A stretch of 64,000 bases of DNA from Hormiphora californensis (lineage: Eukaryota > Animalia > Ctenophora). The notes under the pieces were generated by a model. It did not search any database and was not told the DNA's origin. It worked only from the letters and a program-made list of their open reading frames with translations. The position numbers and the translations under genes are program-made. Below, piece after piece: positions 9,913 to 28,912 of this stretch (position 1 is the stretch's first letter; every line of letters begins with the position of its first letter). The DNA lies in contig CM035359.1 of NCBI GenBank assembly GCA_020137815.1, positions 7,068,001 through 7,132,000 of the forward strand. The letters are read 5' to 3'.

Positions 9913-12900
9913 ATGGCAAGTGTCCCGCCGTTCCGCTACACCCTAACTGCTTCACCTGATGGAGAGGTTTGGGACCACACCGACGATACCCATAAATTCT
10001 CTGTAAGTAAGCAACAGTGTAAAACATTTCTCTTCACCTTCATTTCTATATCACGTAATATTGACTTCGTAGCTTTCACGATCGTTTCCTGCGCAACATA
10101 TTCCATGATCATTGTATCAATACAACATGACATGTATTACCTACATTGTAACACTTTCAGACTTTTGGATGGCGGACAACCACCACTGAAAATGCTTACA
10201 ACACACAGACACGAATTGGAAATTGGAATGAACGAAACTTTGGACTAGACGAAATCCAAAAACAACATCAACCTAAATCACAGGTACCCAACAATTTATT
10301 AGTAAGGGTCCAGTTAGAGATTTTGCTACCGGAGCTAGTTACATGGTGCAGGGCCCTGCTGACACTGCTGACACTGTTGCGCGCGCTAGGTACTTTAGAT
10401 GCAATTCACATCGAAATCCCTGCTAGTCATCGAAGGTGTCGCGTGCAGCATGGTTCATAGGGATTCTCCCAGCTAGCTCCTGGTGCTGGTTTCCAGTTTC
10501 TGGTGCCAGTTTCCAATCTGCAACTGGAGCGTAATTACATATTACAGGTTTTCTGTCTCTCTTTCTGTCTTCTCTATCCCTCGCTGTTTGTTGTCAGTTA
10601 GGTACATAGCAACCTATTGAAGTTATTGTACCTCAACGAAATTCAATACTTTGATTACATTATTCATTTCACCAGCCACCATGACCTTGAACTTTCTTAT
10701 CACAAATTTACATCCTCGATTACTCTTATTTCCCCCAGTATAATACGTTGCTTAGTTTATAGACCAAGCCGTAAATTGATAGAAGCACAACAATAGTTTA
10801 GTCTTTAGAGCTCCTTTACATATATGTGAGTAGGTACATAAACGACAATTGTCTGGCACAGCTAGCTTTCTGATTTGCAGTGAAGAAATGTCTCTAAGTC
10901 CTAAGAGCCGTGATTGAAACCTGAAACGGAGCACCGTGATATTAATCGACCTGCTAAAGTCGGATTTTTTGAAGTTGTCACCCCCTTCTCGTGCACGGAA
11001 TGTTTTTTTGTGCGTCACATCACATGTTAACGTGTGGTGTGCGCGTCAAAATTGATAAATTTCACACTGCGCGGTCATTTTGGGGTGACAACTTCAAAAA
11101 AATCCGACTTTATATGTAGATTGAATATATTGAGCACAATTCAGCACATTATTGTTTGGTTGTCCAGCTTGATATATAGGAGTCTCGTAATGATGAATTC
11201 TGTTGTGGCACACGTTGTGTATATCAGGGTCAATTATTACAACCAAATAACAATATGAATAATAACTAAATTGTTATAATAGGTGTGTAATCATGTCCTC
11301 TTTGGAGCCATCATTCGTTCCCTGGTACTACACTACAGAGATGTCCCTGTGTTCAACACATTCACACTCTACCTTCAATCCGGTGAGGAGATGATGATTA
11401 ACCCTGTAGTCCTGGCCCATACCAGCCCCCAGTTTTACAACTATTGCAAGACGCTAAAGAGAGAAGAGTCCGGTTTGGACCTATCGGATTACCAGGACGA
11501 ATCTGTGAGAATAGTAATTGAGGCTGTGTACTCTGGTACCCAGGATTTGGTAGATATGACACTCCAATCATTCCGTGACGCCCTGAAATTGTCATTGCTC
11601 TGGGAGATACAATGGGTTATTAATGCCTGTTACACCTGGCTGGATAAACAGATAGCCAATGTGACATGTGACCCAGAAACACTGGATCTGTTTGTGAAGG
11701 AGACATGCTTCCTTTGGACAGAGAGTTCAGCTTGGAAACCTCTGAACGCTCTAACACGGCGAATATACCAGATGGAAAGTAGGAGGACGTTAGTTGAGGT
11801 TCTGTGTAGGAGGTATAAAGGATTATCAACTATTGAACTAAAACTCCTTCTTGTCTGTTCTGAGTGTGACAGGGACACGTGTATTCTCCTGGACATCCTC
11901 TTTAACAAGATACACACCGAGATTGCAGACGGTACTTTCTCCTTATCTACTAACCTAAAGTTTCTACTAGAAAACTCATGCATGGATCGCCTTGCAGCTA
12001 CTGCCCAAACCTCCTTTGAACTTCACTTCAGCTCGATCTTGGAGAGCCACCAAATGCTAGCTACTGATGACTTTCAGTGGCTGTTAAACTTTCGAAAGTG
12101 TTGTTTTGTAGCTAAGAAGCCGATAGTAACCATGGAGACAGTGCTATTAAAGATGGTCCCGGGCCGGTCTGATGAGGAGAAGTTCCAGTACTTGATTGAT
12201 CATGCATCTGACCTTGGTAACCTATCCAACTTCCTAAGTCACATAGGAATACATGTGAACTGTAACAAAGTTACCGATCCTGTACCTAGAGTTGAGACTC
12301 TAGCAGTGGAGCATGCCTGGAGACCACTACCACTACAGTATACCAATGTACCACCAATATTTAGCGACTCTCAAGTGTTATTCGATGACACTGCATGGTC
12401 ATCTCACAGGATTGATGCCCTACCAGTAAAGAATCAAAACACTGTATATTTCTGTTTGAATTGTGACCATGACTGGCCCTCGTGTAGACTGAAAACACAC
12501 TGCGGGTTCAAACTAGTCGCTATGGTTGGTAAATATGACGATACCTCTCCCTCTCCCTCGCGTGACATGCCCACTACTCGAGAGTGGCCGGTAGTGTCGT
12601 TACCTATCGCTGTAGCTTGTAGCAATGCAAGAATGATTAAACTGAGATATAAATTAGAACCAATTGATGGCTATCATTTTCACGAGAAACGTTTTAGAGG
12701 AAGAGATATTTTAGTTGGGAAGAAATGTCTTTATGTATCAAAGAAGTAACATGTAATAACACTGGTCTCTGCTCCCAATTAAATGAGTGTCCTTATTTAG
12801 GGGGGATACTATCCTTGTACTGCTTGTGTATGTACTCTGATAACACAGCTTTATTTTCAGTTTGGCCACTACTTTGAATCTACCCAGAAAGAAATGCTAT

Positions 12901-14404
12901 CAACAATTCGCAAACCAGAGTACGCTGACTCCATCCAATATCTTCTGAGTGAGTAGTAGCGAATGTGAATTTTACGGCGAGGTACGGTAGAGTTTGGGGT
13001 CGGGAAAGACAGATCTAACAAAATCAGTCACACTTTTCGTGGCCACTTTGATGTAACGCGCGAACACATTTTGTTATTGAAAGTCTTTAAATAGCGAACC
13101 AAGCGTGACATAAGGGCGCGCGCTGCAGTGTGTGTGTGTGTGTGTGTGAGTGTGTGTGTGTGTGTAAGGGGGCACCCTAGTAACAGGGGAACAACAAATC
13201 TCCCTTGTGATTAATGGAGCATAGTCGCCATAGTTATGAGATCTCGGCAAATATTCAATATTCAATCGTTCCAATGCCATCTACATAGATGGGTTCCAGC
13301 GCCGTCTAGATGGGTAAGCGGTAAATACTCACTCGGTTCTTCACATTTTTCGGACGTTTTTGACCATAACTCAGCCATTTCTTGACCAATTTGCAAAATC
13401 TTGGGCTCATTTGAAAGAAGACATTAAGAGCTTTCCAATGAGCTCTAAAAAAGTAAAATCGGTGCAAAATGCGCGGCGCTACGGCGAAAACGCGCATTTT
13501 ACGCCATAGCGCCGCGCATTTTGCGCCGATTTTCATTTTCTAGGGCTCATTTTAAAGGTCTTAATATCTTCTTTCCAATGAGCCCAAGATTTTGCAAATT
13601 GGTCAAGAAATGGCTGAGTTATGGTCAAAAACGTCCGAAAAATGTGAAGAACCGAGTGAGTATTTACCGCTTACCGTCTAGATGGGCTTGAGACGTGCGC
13701 CTGAAGCCTGTTTAGAAAACGGTCTCTACGCGTTTAGACGGAATTAGATTGAATTAGACGAAATGAGACGGATTTAAACGAAATGAGACGGAAACCAAAC
13801 CCGTCTCTAGCCCGTCTGACTCCGTCTCAATCCCGTCTAGGGTAGTGTCTGACGGTGTATAAGGTCCAAATGAGGCACGGAGCTTTTCTGAATCAGCTTT
13901 TCAAGACGAATCCAACGCAACCGGAATTAGCTTTCTATCTTATCGGGAAGGTTCGGTTCACTCACGCTCATTTTTAGTCATTTTTGCCGCGCGAGCCAAT
14001 CAGAGGCCAGAATTTCGAAATCCAGCCCTCTGATTGGCTCGCGCGGCTAAAAATGAAAAAAGTGAACCACACCTTCCCGATAAGATAGAAAGCTAATTCC
14101 GGTTGCGTTGGATTCGTCTTGAAAAGCTGATTCAGAAAAACTCCGTGCCTCATTTGGACCTTATACACCGTCAGACACTAGTCTAGGGCAAAACCCGTCT
14201 AGATCTAAACGGGTACCGTCTACGGAAAATGAATAATTGCCCGAGATCTTAACTAAGCCGAAATTATCTTGTCACACTTATAAAACCTCAGGAAAGGAAG
14301 CGACGGCGTACCCTGGCCATCAACCGGAGCTGTGTAGTGATTACACTAAGAGCCTTATTAATGATATGTACCAAAGCAACTACTCTCTCAACTACCAAGA
14401 GTAA
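9913..14404 (+). CDS. CFAP68: Cilia- and flagella-associated protein 68 (C11orf1-like), 137 aa; exons 9913-10002, 10161-10283, 12861-12948, 14292-14404
   Basis: Spliced translation contains DGEVWDH..KF, FGWRTTTTENAY.TQTRIGNWNE, PKSQ/FGHYFEST and YPGHQPEL, matching recalled C11orf1/CFAP68 motifs in the same order. GT-AG introns; total length 414 nt, in frame. Confidence 0.9.
10957..11110. mobile_element. MITE, TIR AAGTCGGATTTTTTGAA, TA TSD
   Basis: Same TIR as 7617-7838 with a different internal sequence. Confidence 0.75.
11283..12749 (+). CDS. Intronless BTB/POZ-domain protein ORF (488 codons) nested in CFAP68 intron 2; true start uncertain
   Basis: Long uninterrupted ORF. The N-terminal FTLYLQSGEEMMINPVVLAHTSPQF...LDLSDYQDESVRIVIEAVYSG...ALKLSLLWEIQWVINACYTWL has the BTB pattern (VLA.SP.F, Y[ST]G, A..L.....C..L), followed by a helical region. 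Confidence 0.75.
   Translation: MCNHVLFGAIIRSLVLHYRDVPVFNTFTLYLQSGEEMMINPVVLAHTSPQFYNYCKTLKREESGLDLSDYQDESVRIVIEAVYSGTQDLVDMTLQSFRDALKLSLLWEIQWVINACYTWLDKQIANVTCDPETLDLFVKETCFLWTESSAWKPLNALTRRIYQMESRRTLVEVLCRRYKGLSTIELKLLLVCSECDRDTCILLDILFNKIHTEIADGTFSLSTNLKFLLENSCMDRLAATAQTSFELHFSSILESHQMLATDDFQWLLNFRKCCFVAKKPIVTMETVLLKMVPGRSDEEKFQYLIDHASDLGNLSNFLSHIGIHVNCNKVTDPVPRVETLAVEHAWRPLPLQYTNVPPIFSDSQVLFDDTAWSSHRIDALPVKNQNTVYFCLNCDHDWPSCRLKTHCGFKLVAMVGKYDDTSPSPSRDMPTTREWPVVSLPIAVACSNARMIKLRYKLEPIDGYHFHEKRFRGRDILVGKKCLYVSKK
13231..14255. mobile_element. TIR element containing two long internal palindromes (~13315-13675 and ~13848-14180), in CFAP68 intron 3
   Basis: Termini tagttatgagatctcggcaa / ttgcccgagatcttaacta; internal arms are visibly reverse-complementary. 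Confidence 0.65.
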
Positions 14405-15204
14405 GTAATACAGAAGTACCCTGCTGTTTTTAGTAGAGTGTGAGGAATACAAGGTTCAGATAATTGCAAAGTTTATTACTTTTCACGTTTAGTTGTAACA
14501 TGTTGTTGAGTACTCAACAAGTAACACATGTGTTTCAGGCACGTATTACAGCAGCAGCAGGGAGAGGAAGAGGTAACGTCCAAGGAATCAGCAGAGTAAC
14601 TAGGAATACAATACTCGCTCTTTGGGACTAGGTACCGAACTCTCTGAAGCAGTAATCGCGGGACTATCGAATGGGGCATTAGGGGGCTTGTAAAGTGCAT
14701 GTATTTATTGACCACGAGAGAGACATTTTAAATGTGTAAATTGACCCATGTGACTTTTGTCCTGACTGATTTTAGCACAGCCAATAATATGTACAAATGT
14801 AACTTTCAGATTTGTTTTAGATATTGTTATTCATTTGTTATTTCTTTGTTATACTGACGCTACTCATTAATAGTGTGGCACTGTCCGCCCTATATTATAG
14901 CAAATATACTACAGTCTATAATATATGTGACTACTAAAGTGCACCAAATAATGATTGGTGTCATAGAATTTGCACTTTACTACTTAACAGAATTATAATA
15001 TTGGGTACTGCTGCAATAAATCGGTATGTCTTTCTCTCAATCCCTGCCTGGCGCCGCCAACCCCGTCGTGTGCCTAATTTGAGAATCAGATCGGGGTCTG
15101 GCACCACCAGACTTACTCCCATGTCATCTATAATTTGGCATGACGCCATTTCCCTCGTCTATCTAGCATTCTAGCAACTATTACAGGTGTGGTACTGAAA
15201 ATAG

Positions 15205-15319
<115 letters not shown>

Positions 15320-15999
15320 ACGTGCTAAAAGTCTAGTAGGGCAGCTGCAGTTGGTTAGATAGATTTAATATTTCTTTGTTTTCTTGCCATATCACCCCAG
15401 TCAGTTACGTAAGTGTTCCTTCAGTTGTTCCTTCAATTCCAGTCCTTCCGATCCTGGTGCCACTAGATCGCTGTCACCAGTCTGTCGGTCGAAGGCCCGG
15501 TATGAGTTATGTAACCAGATCAGCCGGCTAGACAGTTCTTGCCACGCTACGCAGTCTGTCGTTCCCGCGATGAATATCACCTTCGGCCCGGTGTGACAGG
15601 TTGGTCATGCGCGTCAGTCATTGTCACGTGATATTAATGCTAAAACAGTGCACTTTAATTTGATTTAGAGTACCGCGCGTGACGATGTTATCAGCTGTGG
15701 GGGACAGCGTGGGAAAATTGTGTTTTAGTCTTCAGACGTAATTTCTCGATGGGTATTATATTGGAGGGGGGATCAAACAGTCTGCACCTTGTTGAGTAAG
15801 GGATGGGACTTACTCATTAAACTGCACCGGTGGTGACTGGTGGGCTGACTTTCGAACTATTCTTTAGCTGCAATCGTGATGGTCTTTATAATTATAATAT
15901 CGCATAGCTCGGATATTATACTTCTCCTTTGTGCGTTCACGGTTCACCGAATGAACAACAGGAGATGCTCCTTTTGTCAGGAGATGAGATATCTAGGAT

Positions 16000-16244
<245 letters not shown>

Positions 16245-16387
16245 AAAGATATAGGGGACGGAACGTGCGTCATATGGTTTACATGAGGGACCGGATAGCG
16301 CCGGGGCGAATCACTCTAATCATAATACACCTCCCCTGATCTCTTCATATTTACTCGCTGTGATCAATCTTACCTCTCTCCCCTGCT

Positions 16388-16434
<47 letters not shown>

Positions 16435-17765
16435 CTATGGCAACATCTACTATAACTGCCCACTAACATATTGTCGCTGTACATTGGTACTAGTACTCCA
16501 CGACAACTTGATGCCACTAGGAACAAGGATCCTTCATTCGAAGACTTGTTTTCTTCAATTGGTTAGACCCTCTCTGTGTTCTATATTACAGTCGCTCTGG
16601 CTTTACAAGACTATGGAATTAGACCGAATAATGGTTAGTAAGACTCTAATGTGAGTCAAATGTCAAATAAAGATGGATGTCAAATAAAAAGGGATGGTCA
16701 CTAAACCTGTCTAATACAGGTTCATTTACTTCTATTTTATTTAGGAACTGGCGATCAAATTCTCGATTCGATCTCAATCTTTTTTATGTTTGAACTATCA
16801 AAATTTTTCGATTTGATCTCCATTCCATCTTTTGGGGTTCAAAAACGTTCGATTCGATCTCGATTCGCTTTGTAATTCAATTCGATCTTTCGATAATCGA
16901 TTCGATCCGATGATATCGGCCATTTCTACTAGGAACCGGCGATTCTTGGTATTTTCTTTTCTTTCTCGATCTGGTTTTTCGGGGTTCAAAAACTTTCGAT
17001 ATACATAATTGCCGGTTTTATTGCTGTACTTATGCAGTATCTGACACAATGTGTACATTCTTCATTGCGTCTCAGCTATCCCTAAGGATTGAATGAATTA
17101 TAAAGGAGCTGTCCCAGTACACAACAATGCAGAACCCGATTTTTCTTATCATCCTCTCTCCCTCCAATCACCAAGTCCCCAACCTCGTCCCCAACATCCC
17201 CCTTCCCTTCTTCCCAGTCCCAACACGGTGACTGGCAGTACTCCAGTTACCTAACGATGTAATTGTATATCTTGTCTCTTTCATTGCATACAACCATACA
17301 CAAATATGCATACTATGGATATGAGTGTGCCTAATTACAGCCAACCCTGTCCCTTTTTCCGCGGTCCAGTGAACTTTTGAAAGTGATCCATACGCCAGCT
17401 AATTTACACATTTCTAAATTTCTTTTCTCCAATTCTCCATGTGGCAAATTTTTCCGTTTCGCATTAGATATTATGTTGTTCCATAAATATTGTAGGATAG
17501 CTATAGCCGGAACACCGATTTACCTAACGGATAAGTTTCCCCCGGAATGTTTTGACCTAGGTATTTTAACTAAATTCCAGACTTTTCTAATTAAAATAGT
17601 AAGGTATATTTCATATAAAATGAGAATATGTTATAGAAGGTCATTGATTCAGTGACACAACAGCTGTCATTACTGCACTTTGCTGAGCAATTAAACTGAA
17701 TCAGAGATGATCATCAGAATTAATCCTCTAGCCCTGTTTCATGAGACATTTAGTAACAGTTAATG

Positions 17766-17880
17766 TATCTCTCTCTATCTATCTATCTATCTCTCTCTCT
17801 CTATCTATCTATCTACCTCTATCTCTCTATCTATCTATCTACCTCTATCTCTCTATCTATCTACCTCTCTCTCTATCTCC
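17766..17880. repeat. (CTAT)n/(CT)n compound microsatellite
   Basis: Direct inspection. Confidence 0.9.
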
Positions 17881-17971
17881 CTTCTTCCCTTTCTCTCTCA
17901 ACGCTTTCTTAATTTATTGTTCTGATGTAAGTCATTTCTTTCTCGGTCTTGCTTTGAATGAGCTAATTGTA

Positions 17972-19368
17972 CCGTGTGCGGCAAAAAAAAGGCCCCCCCT
18001 AGACCACCATAGTTGCCGATGTGGTGGAGAGCTGTAACTTGGCAGGGTTGCTCCACTATGTCTATCTTGATCCTGACAGAAAAATCAGAGCTCTAGCTCA
18101 AAATTCATTTTCATGAACGGAATGAACTTCTCCGTTCCTTCGATATGAGACCCCCTCATCATTCAGAATTTTTTGCCCGTCTTTGGCTAACGATTATCTT
18201 TGTAATGAGACCAATTTGAGCATAATCTGATTACCAGGAGAGACACAGTGGAGGGTTTTCCGACCGTCACTCCTGACATGTGATCCAGGCCCGGTCACGT
18301 GGTGAAAAGTGGGTTTGGGGTGCTGTTAACATGTCTCAATAACGGATTATTGCTCTCATATCCCTTGAATATCCCTCCACAATGCTCTCAAGTCACTTAG
18401 TGATGCTGATTGATTGGGTTCATGTCACCAGTTCTTGTCAAAGTTCTCAAGCGGCCCGTGATACGAGATCATTTCATCAAGGAGGGGCCATCTTGTGTCA
18501 CTAATCAGCCTATCATCTCACATTACACTAGCCAAGGGATCTGGGGTATTTAAATCTTCAAATGTTCATCAAAATCATTCCCAATCATTACTTGCAATGC
18601 ATTTTACACCCGAACAGAGGAACTTCATCTGGCTCAAGAAGGAAACCAACACCCTCTACCCCACCATCGAACAGGAGTTCTTTATCAAGTTTGGCCGCCT
18701 TCTTGAGCCAGATGAAGTTCCTCTGTTCGGGTGTAAAATGCATTGCAAGTAACGATTGGGAATGATTTTGATGAACATTTGAAGATTTAAATACCCCAGA
18801 TCCCTTGGCTAGTGTAATGTGAGATGATAGGCTGATTAGTGACACAAGATGGCCCCTCCTTGATGAAATGATCTCGTATCACGGGCCGCTTGAGAACTTT
18901 GACAAGAACTGGTGACATGAACCCAATCAATCAGCATCACAAAGTGACTTGAGAGCATTGTGGAGGGATATTCAAGGGATATGAGAGCAATAATCCGTTA
19001 TTGAGACATGTTAACAGCACCCCAAACCCACTTTTCACCACGTGACCGGGCCTGGATCACATGTCAGGAGTGACGGTCGGAAAACCCTCCACTGTGTCTC
19101 TCCTGGTAATCAGATTATGCTCAAATTGGTCTCATTACAAAGATAATCGTTAGCCAAAGACGGGCAAACAATTCTGAAAGATGAGGGGGTCTCATATCGA
19201 AGGAACGGAGAAGTTCATTCCGTTCATGAAAATGAATTTTGAGCTAGAGCTCTGATTTTTCTGTCAGGATCAAGATAGACATAGTGGAGCAACCCTGCCA
19301 AGTTACAGCTCTCCACCACATCGGCAACTATGGTGGTCTAGGGGGGGCTTTTTTTTTGCCGCACACGG
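17972..19368. mobile_element. Tc1/mariner-derived foldback element: 671-bp inverted arms, 55-bp spacer, TA TSD
   Basis: Arms 17972-18642 and 18698-19368 are near-perfect inverses. The centre encodes MHFTPEQRNFIWLKKETNTLYPTIEQEFFIKFGR, which resembles a transposase N-terminal HTH. Confidence 0.85.
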
Positions 19369-19889
19369 TATTCTTTGATATTACGGTCCGATAAAAATTA
19401 AAAACTCGCTTGATTCAGATATATGTGTGGACTGTTTAGTACTATACACGTGGCTTGAAGTGTCGAAACTTTGTCATATTACAATGTAACATGTTAGGAT
19501 TTAGGGAATATTATAGGGTCCCTGATAGCTTATCTCTGATAGCTTATCTTCACACTTTCCCTGGACTAATCCCTTTTTCGTGGTAATGCTGATTGCTGAA
19601 GTATTCCCTAATACTACATGATCAACAAGGAAATTATAATACTAACGGCTGTTACAATTATTATGAACCATAATATCATATCAATATGCCGTATTAGGTT
19701 GCTGCAGTAATGGTGTACGTTTCAGTGATCACTACCCAATGAGTAGTGCTCATCCTGTACAGCTGTGCTCTCATTCCTGTGTGTGCCCGTGTGCTCTGAC
19801 GGGCTCTGTATGGCGGCGCCATACCCCATTTGACAGTGCGCTCAGATAGGGGTCGGCGGCGCCAGACAGGACGGGCTGTCCCTTGCATA

Positions 19890-20245
19890 TCGGGAGATCT
19901 CCGCGTGAGATCTCTCGTTCATCTCCAAGAGAAGTACATTTTTTACTTTTTGTTTAAATTGGACAAATATCGGTTGTTACTGACTAATTTTGACCCGCTA
20001 AACACGATGCTGCCCACAGAAAAACTCTCAAAAGTCAAGAACATGCTAAAAATTGATATTTTGTGTTTATGTGTATTTTTAGCCGTGAGCTGAACAAAAA
20101 TGTCAATTATGAGCATGTTCTTGACTTTTGAGAGCTTTTCGGTGGGCAGCATTGTGTTCAGCGGGTCCAAATTAGTCGGTAACAACCGATATTTGTCCAA
20201 AAGGTAAAAAAATTAATACTTTTCTGGGAGATCAACGGGAGTCCG
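19890..20245. mobile_element. MITE-like element with an internal palindrome (~19960-20200)
   Basis: ttggacaaatatcggttgttac ... gtaacaaccgatatttgtccaa; internal motifs are shared with 53350-54170. Confidence 0.55.
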
Positions 20246-20380
20246 TGACTGCTCAGTGCTCATCTCGTGTCACAATTGCAGTTGTTATTCGTTGCTTGAC
20301 GTCAGGCGTCATAACATCTCTCAGTAATACAGATATTAATGTTCTAACTATCGACGTTGGTATTATAATATATATATGTA

Positions 20381-20478
20381 CAGTCAGACCCCGATTTAGT
20401 GGCCCCCGATTTAGTGGCACCCCGATTTAGTGGCAGGATTTTTTCCCCCGAGGATGCCACTAAATCGGGGTCCGACTG
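20381..20478. mobile_element. Short TA-flanked MITE (TIR CAGTC.GACCCCGATTTA)
   Basis: Related copies at 35038-35206 and 59697-59827. Confidence 0.75.
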
Positions 20479-20994
20479 TATATGCAATCCCTGATAAGCT
20501 ACCCAAGTCGAATCTATGAAGTATGACGATTGACGTTATGTGGCATAGTATCGTGCAGATGAAATGTATGAATACCTAAAACAATGCGTGCATGTGTGTC
20601 TGTGTTTGAAATTGCAAAAACCTGGTTTATAAAATATGTGCCATACTGATACTAACAGTAATTATAGGACACTCAACTATAGTAAATAATACCAGGTTCC
20701 ACACATTGCGAACTGGCTTTAAAATTATCCTAATAACATGTACTGATTGCATCTGTCGTGGCGTTGACTACATATAACTAGTGCAGCACTAGTTGACTAC
20801 ATAACTATATATGTAGTACAGTCGGATCAACTGAACAGTATCTCGTCCCGTATCTCGTATCAACTCATTACAATTCGAGGTTAAGATCGAATTGAAATGA
20901 GTTGAATGAGTTGATACGAGATACGGGACGCGGTTCAGCGACCTAATCAGAACCTAATGTCGAATTGCAATGCTTTGATAAACAATACGTTACG

Positions 20995-21110
20995 GACCTA
21001 CCCTAAATTCAGACCTATCCTAAATTCAGACCTACCCTAAATTCAGACCTACCCTAAATTCAGACCTACCCTAAATTCAGACCTACCCTAAATTGACCCA
21101 CCCTAAATTC
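20995..21110. repeat. 17-bp tandem repeat gacctaccctaaattca, about 6-7 copies
   Basis: Direct inspection. Confidence 0.9.
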
Positions 21111-21264
21111 TGTCGAAGTTCTACCGACCTGCCAGGATCCCGATGCATAGAATATCTAGAGAAAGAAACCTAAGGCATTTTATCCAGTTTCTCAATACTT
21201 TGTGTCATTCATGTTCAACTCTATAATAGTACGAGATCTATTTCTCTATTTCCCCGCACTAGCT

Positions 21265-28118
<6,854 letters not shown>

Positions 28119-28331
28119 CGAGGAATTATTCATTTATTCAGTGTGGCAGACAAGGAGGTAGCATCTTTTAGAAATCATCATTCTGGATGCTAATGGAGTG
28201 AAACTGAAATTATATATATCAGTTTCATGAAGTTGAATGTTTATCAAGATTATGGTATACCTTGTTACATATTAATTATGTTTAATTCTGTTTAATTCTA
28301 TTACTGACAACAAATCAATGTTGTTTCTATC

Positions 28332-28372
28332 CAGACAGACACACATACAGACACACATACAGACAGACAGAA

Positions 28373-28421
<49 letters not shown>

Positions 28422-28458
28422 AACATACAGACAGACAGACAGACAGACATACATACAT

Positions 28459-28492
<34 letters not shown>
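28332..28492. repeat. (CAGA)n/(CATA)n microsatellite
   Basis: Direct inspection. Confidence 0.9.
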
Positions 28493-28493
<1 letters not shown>

Positions 28494-28912
28494 TATCTGG
28501 GGTAACCCTGGGAATTGGAAAAACAGTATTTTGGTCAAGGAGTGTAAGCTACAATGTATCACAATGCTACATTCTCTATATTTGGTTCAACACGACGTGA
28601 CTCACACTATTACGTCATTATGCTATGTCCATATATGGGCATTGCCAAATATGGTACGAAAAATATGAAGATGAAAGAAACTCTTCAGTACAAAAAGCTA
28701 TGTACACAAAAACTAAGTACAAGAAAATATTGGCGGACCCCCCTGGGGACAGCAAAAAATCAAACGGGCAAATAATATATAATCTGTTGGTATTAGCTGC
28801 CAAATCGCCCCGCTAATGTCTTTGAGGTCTTCTTTATCTCTCGAGAAATGTAATAAAAGAGGACTAAGAAGAGTGCTAGAGATCGTCACACACTGTTATA
28901 TTCTGCTGCACG

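Noticed and set aside
15400-15600. Coding-like minus-strand frame (HTGPKVIFIAG...EHLRN*)
   Set aside because: No start or acceptor found and no recognisable homology.
28629-28654. Two CArG-like boxes (ccatatatgg, ccaaatatgg)
   Set aside because: They lie between convergent 3' ends, and the same motif occurs inside the hAT element near 53496, so a TE origin is likelier than an SRF enhancer.
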